Of a stretch of 64,000 nt of DNA, positions 1 through 11,649 are shown one piece after another (positions within the stretch are counted from its first letter, which is position 1; every line of letters starts with the position of its first letter). Position numbers and translations under genes: made by a program. The notes under the pieces are model-generated. The model worked only from the letters and a program-made list of their open reading frames with translations. It had not been told where the DNA came from and searched no databases. The stretch spans positions 372,001 to 436,000 of the forward strand of contig JBEWZL010000216.1 of the NCBI GenBank assembly GCA_045837725.1, given 5' to 3'. This stretch comes from Vermamoeba vermiformis. Lineage: Eukaryota.

Positions 1-1658
1 CCGAGCCAGTGACACCTGTCACACCGCGCACTCCACCCGCCAACAAGATGTACATACCGCGCTATCGATCAGGGGCCTGGGCAATACTGATCAGCATGCT
101 GACTGCTGCACGTGAGGAGGGTGAGGGCGATGACACGTGTCAAACACTGATGTCCAAGGAGGAGATTGTCATGCGCGCTCGACCCCTCAGCACTGCGAGC
201 TTTGAAGCGGAACAACAAGTCTTTGATCTCGCCAACAAATCCACCGAAGAGCTCGAGCGCGAGATCACGTGCCCTGGTGGATACACCGCGTGGAGTGCCA
301 TGACTAAATTAAGAAGTCGCGGACTCGTGGAAGTGAAGGTCATGAACAACGTGCACATGTTCCGCTTGACCAAATCGGGCAAAGACTTGGCCAAGAAGCT
401 ATTTTTAGCTGCGCAACAACTCGACGAAGACCCGCGCGAGATTGCCACGCCAAAGAGGGCACGCGAAGGTACGTGGAGGACTGTTGTTGACACTTGACTG
501 ACACTTTGACAGCTGTGGATGATGACAGAACGCCAAAAAAGCGACGCATTGACACGTGTCAAACAGAGACTTCCAACAACATCAACGTGAACAATGTCGA
601 TGTGATTGACGTCGAGTCAGGGCCTGATCCCACCACCGTGCAATCTCCGCTCAAGACAGTGACACCTGTCAAACACGCACCTCAACCGAGCCACGTGACA
701 GATGTGCGCACCATTCTCAGCAGCCCTCACGCACGAGTGGTGCTATTAATAGACAATCGCGAGCTGAACCGCGACACCACCCGTTCACTGAAAGACAAAT
801 TAACTGAACTCGGCGTGGTGTGTATCTCGCGCAATCTCGAGCTCGGTGGTACGTACCAAATTAGGCAATATGAACTAATTTTCACTGAACAGACATGATG
901 TGGGTGGTGACTGATGCCCCAGCCCTGGTAGATGGCACGCACGCACCTGAACTCGACGCGCGTCAAGTGGTGTTGAATGTCATTGTGGAGCGCAAGACCA
1001 TTGGAGATCTGCGCTCAAGCTTGGCTGACGGCAGGTACGGTGTTTGACACGTGTCATTGCGAGGTCTGTACTGACACGTCACAGGTACAAAGAACAGAAA
1101 TTCCGCTTGAAGAAAAGTGGCATCAGTCGCGTGCTGTACGTGATTGAAGGGGCAGTGGAAGATGAGACTTTCAGACCTCTGCTCAGCGCCATTCAGTGCA
1201 GCATGAGCGTTCATGAATCGATCGAGCCAGTGCGCACCAAGGGCGAGGAAGACACCGCGATATACCTGTCACACGTCACGCAGTACCTCACTCGACAACT
1301 CGACGCGTACCGTGCAGGGGATGGCAGTGCAGTGCCCGCGTGGAGCAGTGCCGTGACCCTGGCCGAGTGGTGGCACACTGCCAGCAAGTCCAAGCACCTG
1401 ACACTCAGCGATGTCTTTGCCAAACAGCTGCTCATGCTCAAACAGCTCACTCCGCAGCGCGTGGCAGCTATCGTGCAGCAGTACCCGACACCGCGCTCAC
1501 TGCTCGCTGCGTACAATGCGCGCGAGGTGGATCCACGTGGGCGCGATGAACTGCTCGCGGACCTCAAGACTGGGGCTGACAAGAAACGCATTGGACTTGC
1601 CACCAGTCAGCGCGTCAGTCTGTTCTACAACCACATCGGTGACAATCTCACGCTCTAG
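1..1658 (+). CDS. MUS81: Crossover junction endonuclease MUS81 (5' truncated; winged-helix, ERCC4 nuclease and HhH regions; introns near 469-511, 849-892, 1036-1085)
   Basis: YIPRYRSGAWAIL...YTAWSAMTKL winged helix; spliced LLIDNRE...LELGDMMWV...VERKTIGDLRSSLADGRYKEQKFRL ERCC4 motif; C-terminal YPTPRSLLAAY...KRIGLATS. Confidence 0.93.
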
Positions 1659-1807
1659 TGTCAACAGCACTGATTGGTGGTCGATCACGTGACGCGGTGC
1701 AGTTCTCGGAGAAATTTCTGACTTTGTGACCGCGACGGAGCGATTTGTTTGCGCCATGTTAAGCTCGAATTTGAGTTGAATAAGCACGACTATACAACGC
1801 AGTATAT

Positions 1808-2990
1808 ATGGAACACTTGCCTATTGATATAGTGCTTATTCGCCACGGTGAATCCGAAGGCAACCTCGCGCAGTCCAGATCCAAGAAAGGTATGCGCTTT
1901 AATTTTCCGAAAACATTGATATTTTTAATATGAATTTGGTATCACATCAATATAAAACAAATTATATGGCCTTAACCAATGAAGCTTGGTGGATTTGAAT
2001 TAATGAATCCGATAGGTGACGAAGGCGACTGGACTCAGGAATTTAAGGAGCGCCATACCTCGCGCTACCGACTCACTGACAAGGGTCGCGTGCAGGCTGA
2101 GATCGCTGGCAAATGGGTGAGTATAGATCGAGATCTGAAGAACAATTTCTTAAAACTTCCTAAAAAACACTTTGATTGACCCATTTCTCTGCGACTATAG
2201 GTGAAAGAGAATATAGCTGAGCGCTTTGATCGCTATTACTGCAGCGAGTACACGCGTGCCATGGAGACCGCAGCACTGCTCGACATGAAGGGCGCCAAGT
2301 GGTTTGTAGGTGCGTTGATTATGACTGCTTTATATACATATATGCATACATATATATAAGTGAGCCCTACTCATCGCGTGCACAGAGTTCTATCTCCGCG
2401 AGCGCGATCAAGGCATTCTGGCGCAGAAGAGTCACGAAGAGCGCAAGAAGAGCTACAGCGACGAGCTCGACAAGCGCGCACGTGACGCCTTCTACTGGTC
2501 TGCACCGGGGGGCGAGTCACTGGCCAATGCCTGTCTGCGCGTCGATCGCGTGCTGACTCAACTGCGCGAGAGCTGTTCAGGGTTCCGCGTGGTGCTGGTG
2601 TGTCACGGCAACATCATGCTCGCGTTCAGAATCAGATTGGAGCGCATGAAGCAGAGCACCTTCAGAACACTGCTCGGCAATGCGCAGGAGAAGGTGCATC
2701 ACTGTCAGATCTTGCACTACACGCGTCGCAATCCCGTCACTGGCGAGATAGCCCCGCATATTAATTGGATGCGTAGTGTCTGTCCCTGGGACGCCACACT
2801 CAGCAGCAACACGTGGCACGAGATTGAGCGGCCTGTGTGGACCAATGCAGATCTGCTCGAAGAGGTGCAGCAAATAGCGCAGCTCGTGAATAACAAGCCT
2901 GGCAAATATAGATCGAGCACGACTACTTCAGAGCTGTTGGGCGATGAGAAGGCTGAAGAGCTGAACGCGGTAGATCCGGAGTTTGTGTAG
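1808..2990 (+). CDS. Histidine phosphatase / phosphoglycerate mutase family protein (multi-exon)
   Basis: Exon 1 MEHLPIDIVLIRHGESEGN (RHG motif); later YCSEYTRAMETA, LRERDQG, APGGESL and VLVCHG second catalytic His. Confidence 0.88.
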
Positions 2991-3198
2991 CGGATGTGGC
3001 ACTGTACTGCACCATAAATCAATGTACATATCTGTAGTTCTCATTGTATTAGTAGTGTGTGTATATGATACAGTTCATAGTTCATTGTGTACCAGCAGAT
3101 TGAGTGAAAAGGCTGCAATCAGATCCAGCCATTTGTTTCTAACCCGAGCCACGCAATAACAAACACTTGCGTTGTATATAAGTATTCAATATATCACA

Positions 3199-4093
3199 AT
3201 GACATATTATCACTTCCTTAATTGCCTCGCTGTGGCCTTTTTGCCCTATTTTGTTACATACAAAGCCTCGCATCTGTAAGTCTAAAAAAATATCCTTGAA
3301 TTATCATAAAATAATTCGACAATATTTTTAAAATTATACATCATTTACGAATAATGCGTGAAAATTGTTTCCGCGAGATACAAATTTTTCTAATTTTTTT
3401 TAACCCAGATCTGAATATGGAGCTGTTAGGGCAGTATTAATCGGTGTATTTGGCTACTTAACGACGCAAATGATTCAAGTAATGCAACATAATTGTAATA
3501 ATCAAAGTAGCTAACACTATGAACTTCAGCTGGTCATTCAGTCATCAATAATTTCCACCGAATCCGCTGTGTTCAACATCACTCAGGTACGTTTCTGATG
3601 ATCACTACTAAATATCACTCCGCTCACATGCACCGCTTAGGAGGCACTCAAATTTGTGATTGGTTTGGTGTCTGTGAGTGGCATGGCAATGTCACTGACA
3701 CGTGTCAAAGACAAAGAGACACGTGTGTTGGGTGTGGGTCTGGGCTGGGGCCTCGGTGAATGCATCGCACGACGTGTTGTTCCGCTCTATCTCATGGCCT
3801 CGGGATACGATTGGTCCGTGCAACATCTCTTGGTGGCACTCGAGTCCTTGCCCGTGTTGTTGCTGTCCCTCGCCCTCGCTACCCTTGTGACACTCTCCAA
3901 CCGCCGCGTCGTGCAAGTGACACCTGTCAGACTGGGACTCGCACTGGTGCTGCTCACTGGTCCACTGTTCAGCTACCTCGCGCACGTGACTGTGTTCGCT
4001 GAATGGCAATTGACAGCTGTCAAATTGGGCTACGCACTGCTCACCGCGCTGTACACGCGCCATTTGTGGAATTCCGCACCACGCAGTCAATAA
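3199..4093 (+). CDS. TMEM147: TMEM147 (BOS complex subunit) homolog, multi-exon
   Basis: Spliced N-terminus [30 protein letters not shown] and LGWGLGECIARRVVPLYLMASGYDWS resemble TMEM147 as I recall it. Confidence 0.85.
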
Positions 4094-4250
4094 ACAACTA
4101 ACTAACTGCAATATTTCCTAATTTGGCTATTTAAATATTTCGTACTATCAGTTTATTTCCGAGCTATAAAAGTACACTGTACAAGAATTAACATTGCAGT
4201 TTTGAAGTGAAAAAAGTATTTGACACAGACGATATTACCAAATAAGGCAA

Positions 4251-6102
4251 TTACTCATCACCCTCGTCCTCGTCTTCATCGTCTGACCAATCAGACCAGT
4301 CCCCGTCACCACCACCAGGCTCAGGCATCTCCGCCATAGCTTTGCGATGTCGTTCCATGGCCATTTTGAGCACGGAAGTCACATCGGCAGGCGGCGCAGG
4401 ACTCGATGTCGATGCCTCGCGCGCCACTGGTCGCAGCACGGCACCCTTCTTGACGTCATCCAAGAACGAGCTGCGCGACCCTGAACTGCTGACACCCCCG
4501 CTGGAGGGCTGGGGAGGGGGTGGAGGAGCAGCGGCGTTGGTGTTCTTGGCAGGGGCGGGGGGTGGTGGAGGAGGAGGGGGCGGCGCTGCACCGCCTGACA
4601 CGAGGGGCGGGGGTGTCGGGGCCACAATGCCACTCGGAATGGGTGGAGGGGGCAGCGGCAAGTCCGCGACACCGGTGGTGACAGGCAGGGGCAGGGGTGC
4701 GGGCAAGAGCGCGGTGTCAATGGGCTCGGGGGGCAGGGGCAGCGAGGTGGCCGCGTTGTTCATGATCTCAAACACCTCTTTGGCCAGCGAGCTGTTCTCT
4801 TGCAGATCGTGCTTGGTGAGACCAATCGACTTGAACAGTTCCTTCCAGTCGCCAGGGATGTTCGAGATGTCAAAGCCGCCGTCTGCTGTCCAGCCCACGT
4901 GACTCTCGTGCTTGAAGTTGGTCGGGGCCGAAGTGACACCTGTCAAACACTGGTCAGCACCGTACAACTCCTTATTTGTAAGTGCTACATACGCGTGTCA
5001 ATGTACTGAATGAAGACGCGAATACGACCAGCGACCTCTTTGTTGTCGAGCAGCAGATCGTACCACTTGTACTGGTAGCTCGGCGAGTCAAAGTCGCGCA
5101 CAGCACCGCGCAGGGGGAAGGTGACCTCGCCGTAGTACTTGCCCTTTGAGGTCGTCGGCTTCTCACCGCTGCACACGCGCACTGCTACGATCTCGCTCTC
5201 CGCATCCGTCACGTCCCTGGCTGCAGATCAGTACCCTGCTATATGTGTGTGCAGCGTATATGTCACTTACAGTTGAAAGGCCTCGTTCCAGCTGGGCTCT
5301 AATGTCTTCTTCTGCTTCGCTGTAGCAAAGGCTTTGCGCCCATCCTTGTCGCCGAGCACTTCGCGCATGTAGATGAATGCTGCGGGTGAAGGTGCGTCTT
5401 TGCTAATCTCTGCTTTGAGCTCTGCAGACACCACTGCGCAACACTAGCGTCAGAATGTGCAGATCCATGGCAAATTGAATTAAAAAATATTAAATATTCT
5501 ATTAAATACTATGGTGTGCATATAAATTAAGAATACCACACCATAATTCATATCAAGCATATATTCGAATAATTGAGCCACAAACACCAACACTTACATT
5601 GAATCTTGACCGAGCAGGGAGTGGTGCCCTTTTCAGCTTTGAGTGGCTTGCTGGGCTCAGGTGGCTTCTCGAGTGCCTTCTTCTTCTTGGTGCCATTGGT
5701 GCTCTTCTTCTTCTTCTTGGTGCCGTTAGTCGCGCTCTTCTTCTTCTTGCTCTCTTTGCCCGATCCAGACCCAGTCAAGCTGCGCGCTGATTGCGGTGCT
5801 GCCAGATTGGTGTCGCTAGTGGCACTCGCTTGCAGATTGACTTGCGAGGTCTTGGTGTTGAGTACGGGGGGTGGCGGCAGTGCGGCAGGGGTGGGCTGAG
5901 ATTCAACGACCTGCACGTAGGAGGCCGGGAACCAGCCAATGCCAGAGCCGTCAGGTTTCTGTGCCTGCCACCAGACACCGCGCCCATCAGTGCCGAGCAC
6001 TTCGAGCTCCAAGCCCACTGTCAGCGAGAGCTCCGTGGCTGAACTCGCGCTGTAGGGGGCAATGGCTTTGACGTGAAAGGGAGGCTGTAACTGTTCAGTC
6101 AT
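4251..6102 (-). CDS. WASP-family actin nucleation-promoting factor with SH3-C2-CRIB-polyPro-WH2-C-A architecture (4 exons)
   Basis: SH3 VKAIAPYSASSATELSL...GWFPASYV; C2 TLEPSWNEAF...GEVTFPL...KWYDL; CRIB SAPTNFKHESHVGW; poly-Pro; WH2 RSSFLDDVKKGAVLRPV; acidic tail DGDWSDWSDDEDEDE. Confidence 0.85.
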
Positions 6103-6446
6103 GTGCTCGTGGATGTCAGTCGTGTGAGTGTTGATTGGGCGAGGTAATTAATAATATATTTTTAATTAAATATTCTCTTTTGTTAAATCCGTTAATTGCT
6201 GCACTGCTGGTGAAAGAGCTCCAATAACAACGGGGCAGTGCCTAGTATACTCCAAATAATGCACTTGAGTGAGCAGGGACTAGTGGTGAAACAGAGAATC
6301 AATGATAATAATTAAATTGCTTTTGTGCAACTTTTTTCCAGCAGATCTTGCGCCCTGATTGAAATTTGAAGGGTGTGACGTCACTCACGCACCTCGTCCT
6401 CATTAATAACACACGTTGTATATATAGACACCACAGCTCTCCACTC

Positions 6447-6971
6447 ATGGTGCATATTGATAAGAACGGTAATTTCAAGACCGCGTGAAGTGAATGTAGC
6501 GTTAATAGGTTTGATTGGACAGGACAAATTCGCGATCAGCGGCCATTCAGCATTGGTCTTATATTCTCATATATATGGGCCCTATTCAATGCGATTTATT
6601 TGTTGTAAGTGCAGATTCAATTTCGCGAGTAATAATTATTATTCTAATTCGATTTCTTTTCTCAGTTTCGCAACGTTCTTCAGAGTAAGTCACCAATCAA
6701 TATAACATATTATGCGTGCCCATGCGATTAATTCCGCCGCTAATGGTGCGTTATTAGACGGATCTCGACTATCGTGGCAATGTCAAATCCACCAAGGGTA
6801 ATTGGAGCTCAGCACCGCCCCCACGCAACACACGCCCATATGGCAGTGGTGGCAGCAACATCCGCACCACCAAGGGTATGTTAGCAGCGATACTAGTGCA
6901 TATTCAGAGCTAACGGAGCTGGAGCAGATGTGGCTGATTGCAGTGCCCCTGGAGGCGCATGAGGACGTTAG
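6447..6971 (+). CDS. SELENOK: Selenoprotein K (exons 6447-6468, 6523-6604, 6666-6684, 6758-6875, 6928-6971; Sec UGA at 6960-6962)
   Basis: Four GT-AG introns give MVHIDKNGQIRDQRPFSIGLIFSYIWALFNAIYLFFATFFRTDLDY...APPPRNTRPYGSGGSNIRTTKDVADCSAPGGA-U-GR*: single TM, G/P/R-rich tail and UGR end as in SelK; SECIS downstream. Confidence 0.9.
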
Positions 6972-7087
6972 ACAGCTCGTTCTATAGTGCTAAAATATAA
7001 GACCTAGTGTCTTCATAGCACTCACGAGCTGTCAAGTACGTCGCTAACAGTTGTGCTGCAGTTGAGTTCTTCGAGCTACATCCGCTT

Positions 7088-7158
7088 GAAGGAGGACATG
7101 ACGCGCACTGCACGAACTCTGTAATTACGAGCTGTAGTGTCGCTGAATATACCTCTTC
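7088..7158 (+). promoter_or_regulatory. SECIS element (type II) in the SELENOK 3' UTR
   Basis: Helix I GAAGGAGG/CCTCTTC; core ATGA 7098-7101 opposite TGA(A) 7144-7147; helix II GCGCACTGCA/TGTAGTGTCGC; unpaired AA followed by apical CTC/GAG mini-stem. Confidence 0.85.
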
Positions 7159-7288
7159 GTGCAGCACAATATCTCGCAGTTAATTGAACACCAGTAAGGC
7201 GAGTTCTCTGTACATAATTTTACTGGCCACATCTGGGTCAATTAATTACAATAAATTGCTGTTCATCAGTCTATAATTACAATCACTA

Positions 7289-7639
7289 TTATGCGCGCGT
7301 CTTCTTCTCTTCTGGAATGAGACTGAGCTGGATGCGCTCCAATCGCTCGACAATGCGTGTCAAGTGCGTGTTGATCGAGTTGAGTTTGAGCTTGGAGCTC
7401 GTCAGCTTGTCAATGTACGGCGCCACACTCGCACTCTGCTGCTGCTCGTTGAAGGCGCGCAGTTCACTGTGCAGCACGTCGATCTGCTGCGCGAGCTGTT
7501 CTTGACTCACGTACACGGCTTGGATGCGCTCGTCGCACGCACTCACTGCTGGCTGCAGCAAATTGAGCAGACCGCGACTGAGATAGTCACTCGCATCAGT
7601 GCTCGGTGCAGGCGTAGTGTTGCTGTTGTGTGCTTGCAT
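7289..7639 (-). CDS. SNAPIN: Snapin / BLOC-1 subunit
   Basis: 116-aa coiled coil LSRGLLNLLQPAVSACDERIQAVYVSQEQLAQQID...PYIDKL...L..I.ERL typical of Snapin/Pallidin family. Confidence 0.8.
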   Translation of the reverse strand: MQAHNSNTTPAPSTDASDYLSRGLLNLLQPAVSACDERIQAVYVSQEQLAQQIDVLHSELRAFNEQQQSASVAPYIDKLTSSKLKLNSINTHLTRIVERLERIQLSLIPEEKKTRA

Positions 7640-7708
7640 TGCGTGCGTGAATGGAAATCAGATGTGCTTAGTTGATTGAACGCAGTGCAACACGAGCAGC
7701 ACGTGAAT

Positions 7709-10475
7709 ATGAATCGATTGGGCAACAGCAGACACGAGGACGATGAGCCCGAGAGTAATCCGCACGTAAGTAACGAGCACTAGCGCTGTTGGATCCAAAT
7801 TGAACCCAATAATAATAATTATTTTAAATATTCAATTAAATGCTTAATATAGTTGTATATGATGCAATCTAACTCAGTAATACTGTGAAAATATTCAATA
7901 ATAATGAGGGAATAATCCTCGATTATTCTCAGCATCTGACAAACACTCGTCAGTGCAGCAGTCCCATAACAATAACAGAGCACAGTGCCAGTACACACCG
8001 CGCGTACTGACCATGCACAGGTCCCACAGCTCGATGCACAACAGTTGCGCACTGCCGCCACGGAGGACGCGCAGTTCTTGGCCTTTGAAGCACAACTAGC
8101 GCGCGAGAAGGAGGTGAGTCTAAATATAGCTACGTCCAATTATAGCAATCAACGCGTGACATGTGTGACAGGAGCGCAAGCGAGCCAAGCGCGACAAGAA
8201 GGCGAAGAAGAAAGAGAAGAAAGAGAAGCACAAGAAACGCAAGCGCGAGGACAAGAGTGACAAGCGCAAGAAGGTGAGTGTACTGGCGTGGCGTGTGTGG
8301 TGTTGTATTGTAGCTGCGTAGTGTAGTGGTGTATTGTGTAGTGCTGTGATGAATAGCGAGTGTTGATGAGCGTGTGACTGACTCCCCGTTGCAGAAACGA
8401 AGAAAAAAGAATTCCGGTTCGAGTGACAGCAGTGACAGCAGTGACAGCGAGCACGTGACTGACACCCCGCACGTGACAGCAGTGGAAGGTGATGATCACG
8501 TGACCATGGAGGGGCCAGCACTGCCTCCCTCGTTCACTGAACCAGGTAAGTGTCACAATGACAGGTGTCAGCGATTGACCGGCGCTTCTAACGGTGATAT
8601 GTTGACAGCTGTCAATCCCGAGTCTCTTGCACGCGAGGACTGGATGATCAGTGCACCTAAGCGCGCACAGCCAGCACGTGTCAGTGAACCAGCGCCATCA
8701 CGTGACAGCGAGGTGACAGCAAGTGTCAAAGAGCTCAATCCCGAGCTCAATCCTGACTCGGCACTCACACGCCGCGACTATCGTGTCGGGGACGGGGGAC
8801 GAGGCTGGCGAGAGCGCGCACTGCAACGACAACGCGAGCACGTGACTGACAAGCACGAATCACGTGACAGTGAGCGCTCATCGACCAGGGCTAACCAGGG
8901 CCGTGGATGGCGCAAGAACGACAGACCACGTGATGAACACGTGACACACGTGCCTGAACAGCAAGTGACACCTGTCAGTGTGAGTGTTGCACCCAAGCCA
9001 CGTGTCTCCAGTGCGGAACAACTCAGTGAGGAGGATCGCAATCTCCTAGCCCTGGACGAGAACAAACTCGCCGCGCAGTTGGTGAAAGCCGAGATGTTGG
9101 GCAATCAGGAGCACGTGACGCGTCTGCGCGGTCAACTGGCACGTGTCAGTGAACTCAAGGCACAGCTCCGAGCACGTGATAGCACTGAACAGGACGAGCA
9201 CGTGGTCCTTATTTCTCCGCTCGATTCTTACGGCCGCGCACGTGTCAGCAGCGTAGCACGTGATCAGACAGACCAATCACGTGACAGCAGCAAATCACGT
9301 GGTCTGCACGACGAGAAAGGAGAGCGCCAAGAGTACTTCACCGACGACAATATCTCGCTCGAGGAGATGGTGCGTCGCGAGGTAAGTGAGCACGTGACTG
9401 GTGGTCAGATGCAGCCTCTGACTCATTCGCGCAGAAAGAGAGTCGCACCAACGAGTACGATCAAGTCTACGCAGCCAATGTCGCGCGCAGCAGCAAGTTC
9501 CGCACGGGCATCAGCAGCGTGGCGAACACGGACAGCGAGTTCGACGAGGCACAGTACCAGCAGTGGAGTCGCAAGGGCGAGACGAGCTACAAGCACCAGG
9601 GCAAGGAGCTCGACAAGCGCGACAAGCGTGAGCGCGATAGGGCCATCAAGGGTGAGTGCTGCGATGTCTATATAAGGCGATGATGTCTAAATATGGCACT
9701 AACACTGGCCCCCCAGACACACGTGCCCAGACTCGCGAGCAACAAGAGTGCTACCACTGCTACGAGAACAAGCGCATCAGTCCGCACCTGTTGATGAGTC
9801 TCGGCGAGCACTCCTACCTCGCACTGCCCGATCGACCGATCCTGCGCACCGATCACTGTCTCATCGTGCCACTGCAGCACCAGTACGCGGTCACTATGAT
9901 GGGTACGTTACTTGCCTGATTAGGTAATGCATCTCCGAGCACTGACACGTGTCACAGATGAGACCACGTGGAATGAAATGCGCGTGTTCATGAACAGTCT
10001 GAGCAAGATGTACGCCAAGCAGGGCAAGCAAGTGATATTCACTGAAACAGTGCTCAATCTCAAGAAGCGGCGCCACACCTACATTGAGTGCTTTGCCCTC
10101 GAGACCTCGCGCGCCCAACAAGCGAGCTCGTACTTCAAGAAAGCGATCAACGAGTCCGATGCCGAGTGGAGTCAGCACAAGAAGCTGATCGACACCACCG
10201 ACAAGGGACTGCGCCGCTCCATTCCACCGCACTTTGACTACTTCTACGTGCAGTTTGGACTGCATCAGGGCCTTGCGCACGTGATTGAAGACCACAGCAA
10301 GTTTCCGTGGTACTTTGCACGCGAGGTAATAGGTGGCATGTTGAACTTGTCGCCAGACCTCTATTTGCGACCCAAACGACAACTGCCTGATGAGGAGAAG
10401 AAGCGTGCCAAAGAGTTTTTGGCCCAGTGGCTGCCGTTTGATTGGACTGCTGAGCTGGAGGGTGGACAGCTCTAA
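7709..10475 (+). CDS. CWF19L2: CWF19-like protein 2 (CwfJ C-terminal domains), multi-exon; start tentative
   Basis: VGDGGRGWR, NKLAAQLVKAEMLGN, CYHCY, HCLIVPLQH, HTYIECF, YFKKAINESDAEWSQHKKLIDT, GLAHVIED, W.PFDWT. Confidence 0.92.
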
Positions 10476-10884
10476 CCTGTAAATACGTAATTAAAAAAAC
10501 ACTGAAGTTCTTGTCTGTAGCCCTAATACGTTATCGTTATCAATTTGATTTGATAACTGTATGTTGAGTGTCTGTTTGGCTGTCCAATGGTCTCCAGCTG
10601 CGGTACATTCATTCCTCAGTTTCAACAATTACTATAGTTACTGGGACCTACCTGGAGTGACTTCTACTCCTTGGTAGTAATTAATAAAGATGAATTTGAA
10701 TGGGCGTAAGAGTAGGAGGGATTCCCAGGCCTGACCTCTTCTGGCATCCCTACATCTCGATTCAATGCCAATCCAGCTTATTCTGATATACAATAAGGAA
10801 ATATGGAATTAGGCAGCAATTAATTTCCTATCTATCTACAGCAGACATCATCCGTCTGTAGAGGCTGTGGTCATCAGGATGGCA

Positions 10885-11440
10885 CGTCCTGCGATGTTAT
10901 TAATTGACCAATTTATACCAAACTCTGCCATAAGCACCAGTGAACCCAAGAGCACTACTATTGGCATCAGGAGGATTGTCTAAACGCCGGAGGCTGAAAA
11001 TGGCAATGTTCTGCAAAGAACTTACCAGAAGAACCCAACATGTAACATTTCTAGCTTCATGAAACAAGATTTCTATATGCCATGCATATGATTAAGCATA
11101 TCCCTTCATTATAACAAGGTTTGCCACCATACTGGACAAAGTTACAACATAAAAAAGTATAGATAATTCAAAAAACTTTTCATAGCTAGGTGACAATGTA
11201 TGTAGCCAAAGTTCAGGGTTGCATAAAATACGTATAGTTGTGTCTATGTGTTTCCAAAGTTTCAATGGTATTGCAGCCAATAGAACAAAGTTCTAGTACT
11301 TAAGTTCTTTGCAGAACATTGCCATTCGCCTCTGGCGTTTAGCCCAAAGCCTCCTGATGCCAATAGTAGTCCTTCTTGGGTCCGCTGGTGCTAATGGCAA
11401 AGTTTGGTATAAATTGGTCAATTACTAACATCAGCGGACG
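10885..11440. repeat. Long imperfect inverted repeat (arms about 10885-11024 and 11301-11440; weaker similarity out to about 10693 and 11585)
   Basis: Perfect reverse-complement blocks: 10999-11024/11301-11326 (26 bp), 10901-10924/11401-11424 (24 bp), 10954-10974/11350-11370 (21 bp). Confidence 0.92.
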
Positions 11441-11649
11441 CAGCGACCCCGGACAGACGCAATGTCCACGGACGGACGAAAAATTTTTGGCGGATGGGAC
11501 GTCTGCCAATCAACAGCTTGCTTTTTGGTGTGGGATGGACAGAGGAAAGGCCAGAAAATCTCTCCCCAGGGGCATTCAAGATGTTTCGGAATTTAAGGGC
11601 CAGTTTGCCATAAATTACACTACTTTTTATTTACAAGTGATGCTAAGCA

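Noticed and set aside
6375-6384. GTGACGTCAC CRE/ATF-like site upstream of SelK
   Set aside because: Single site in a genome rich in TGAC/GTCA palindromes; cannot be supported as functional
6802-6987. 61-aa ORF MELSTAPTQ...
   Set aside because: Alternative frame over SelK exon 4, intron 4 and exon 5; starts at TTG; explained by the spliced selenoprotein model
8423-8450. GTGACAGCA x3 tandem repeat as a possible array
   Set aside because: In-frame SDS low-complexity coding repeat with no spacers; not CRISPR
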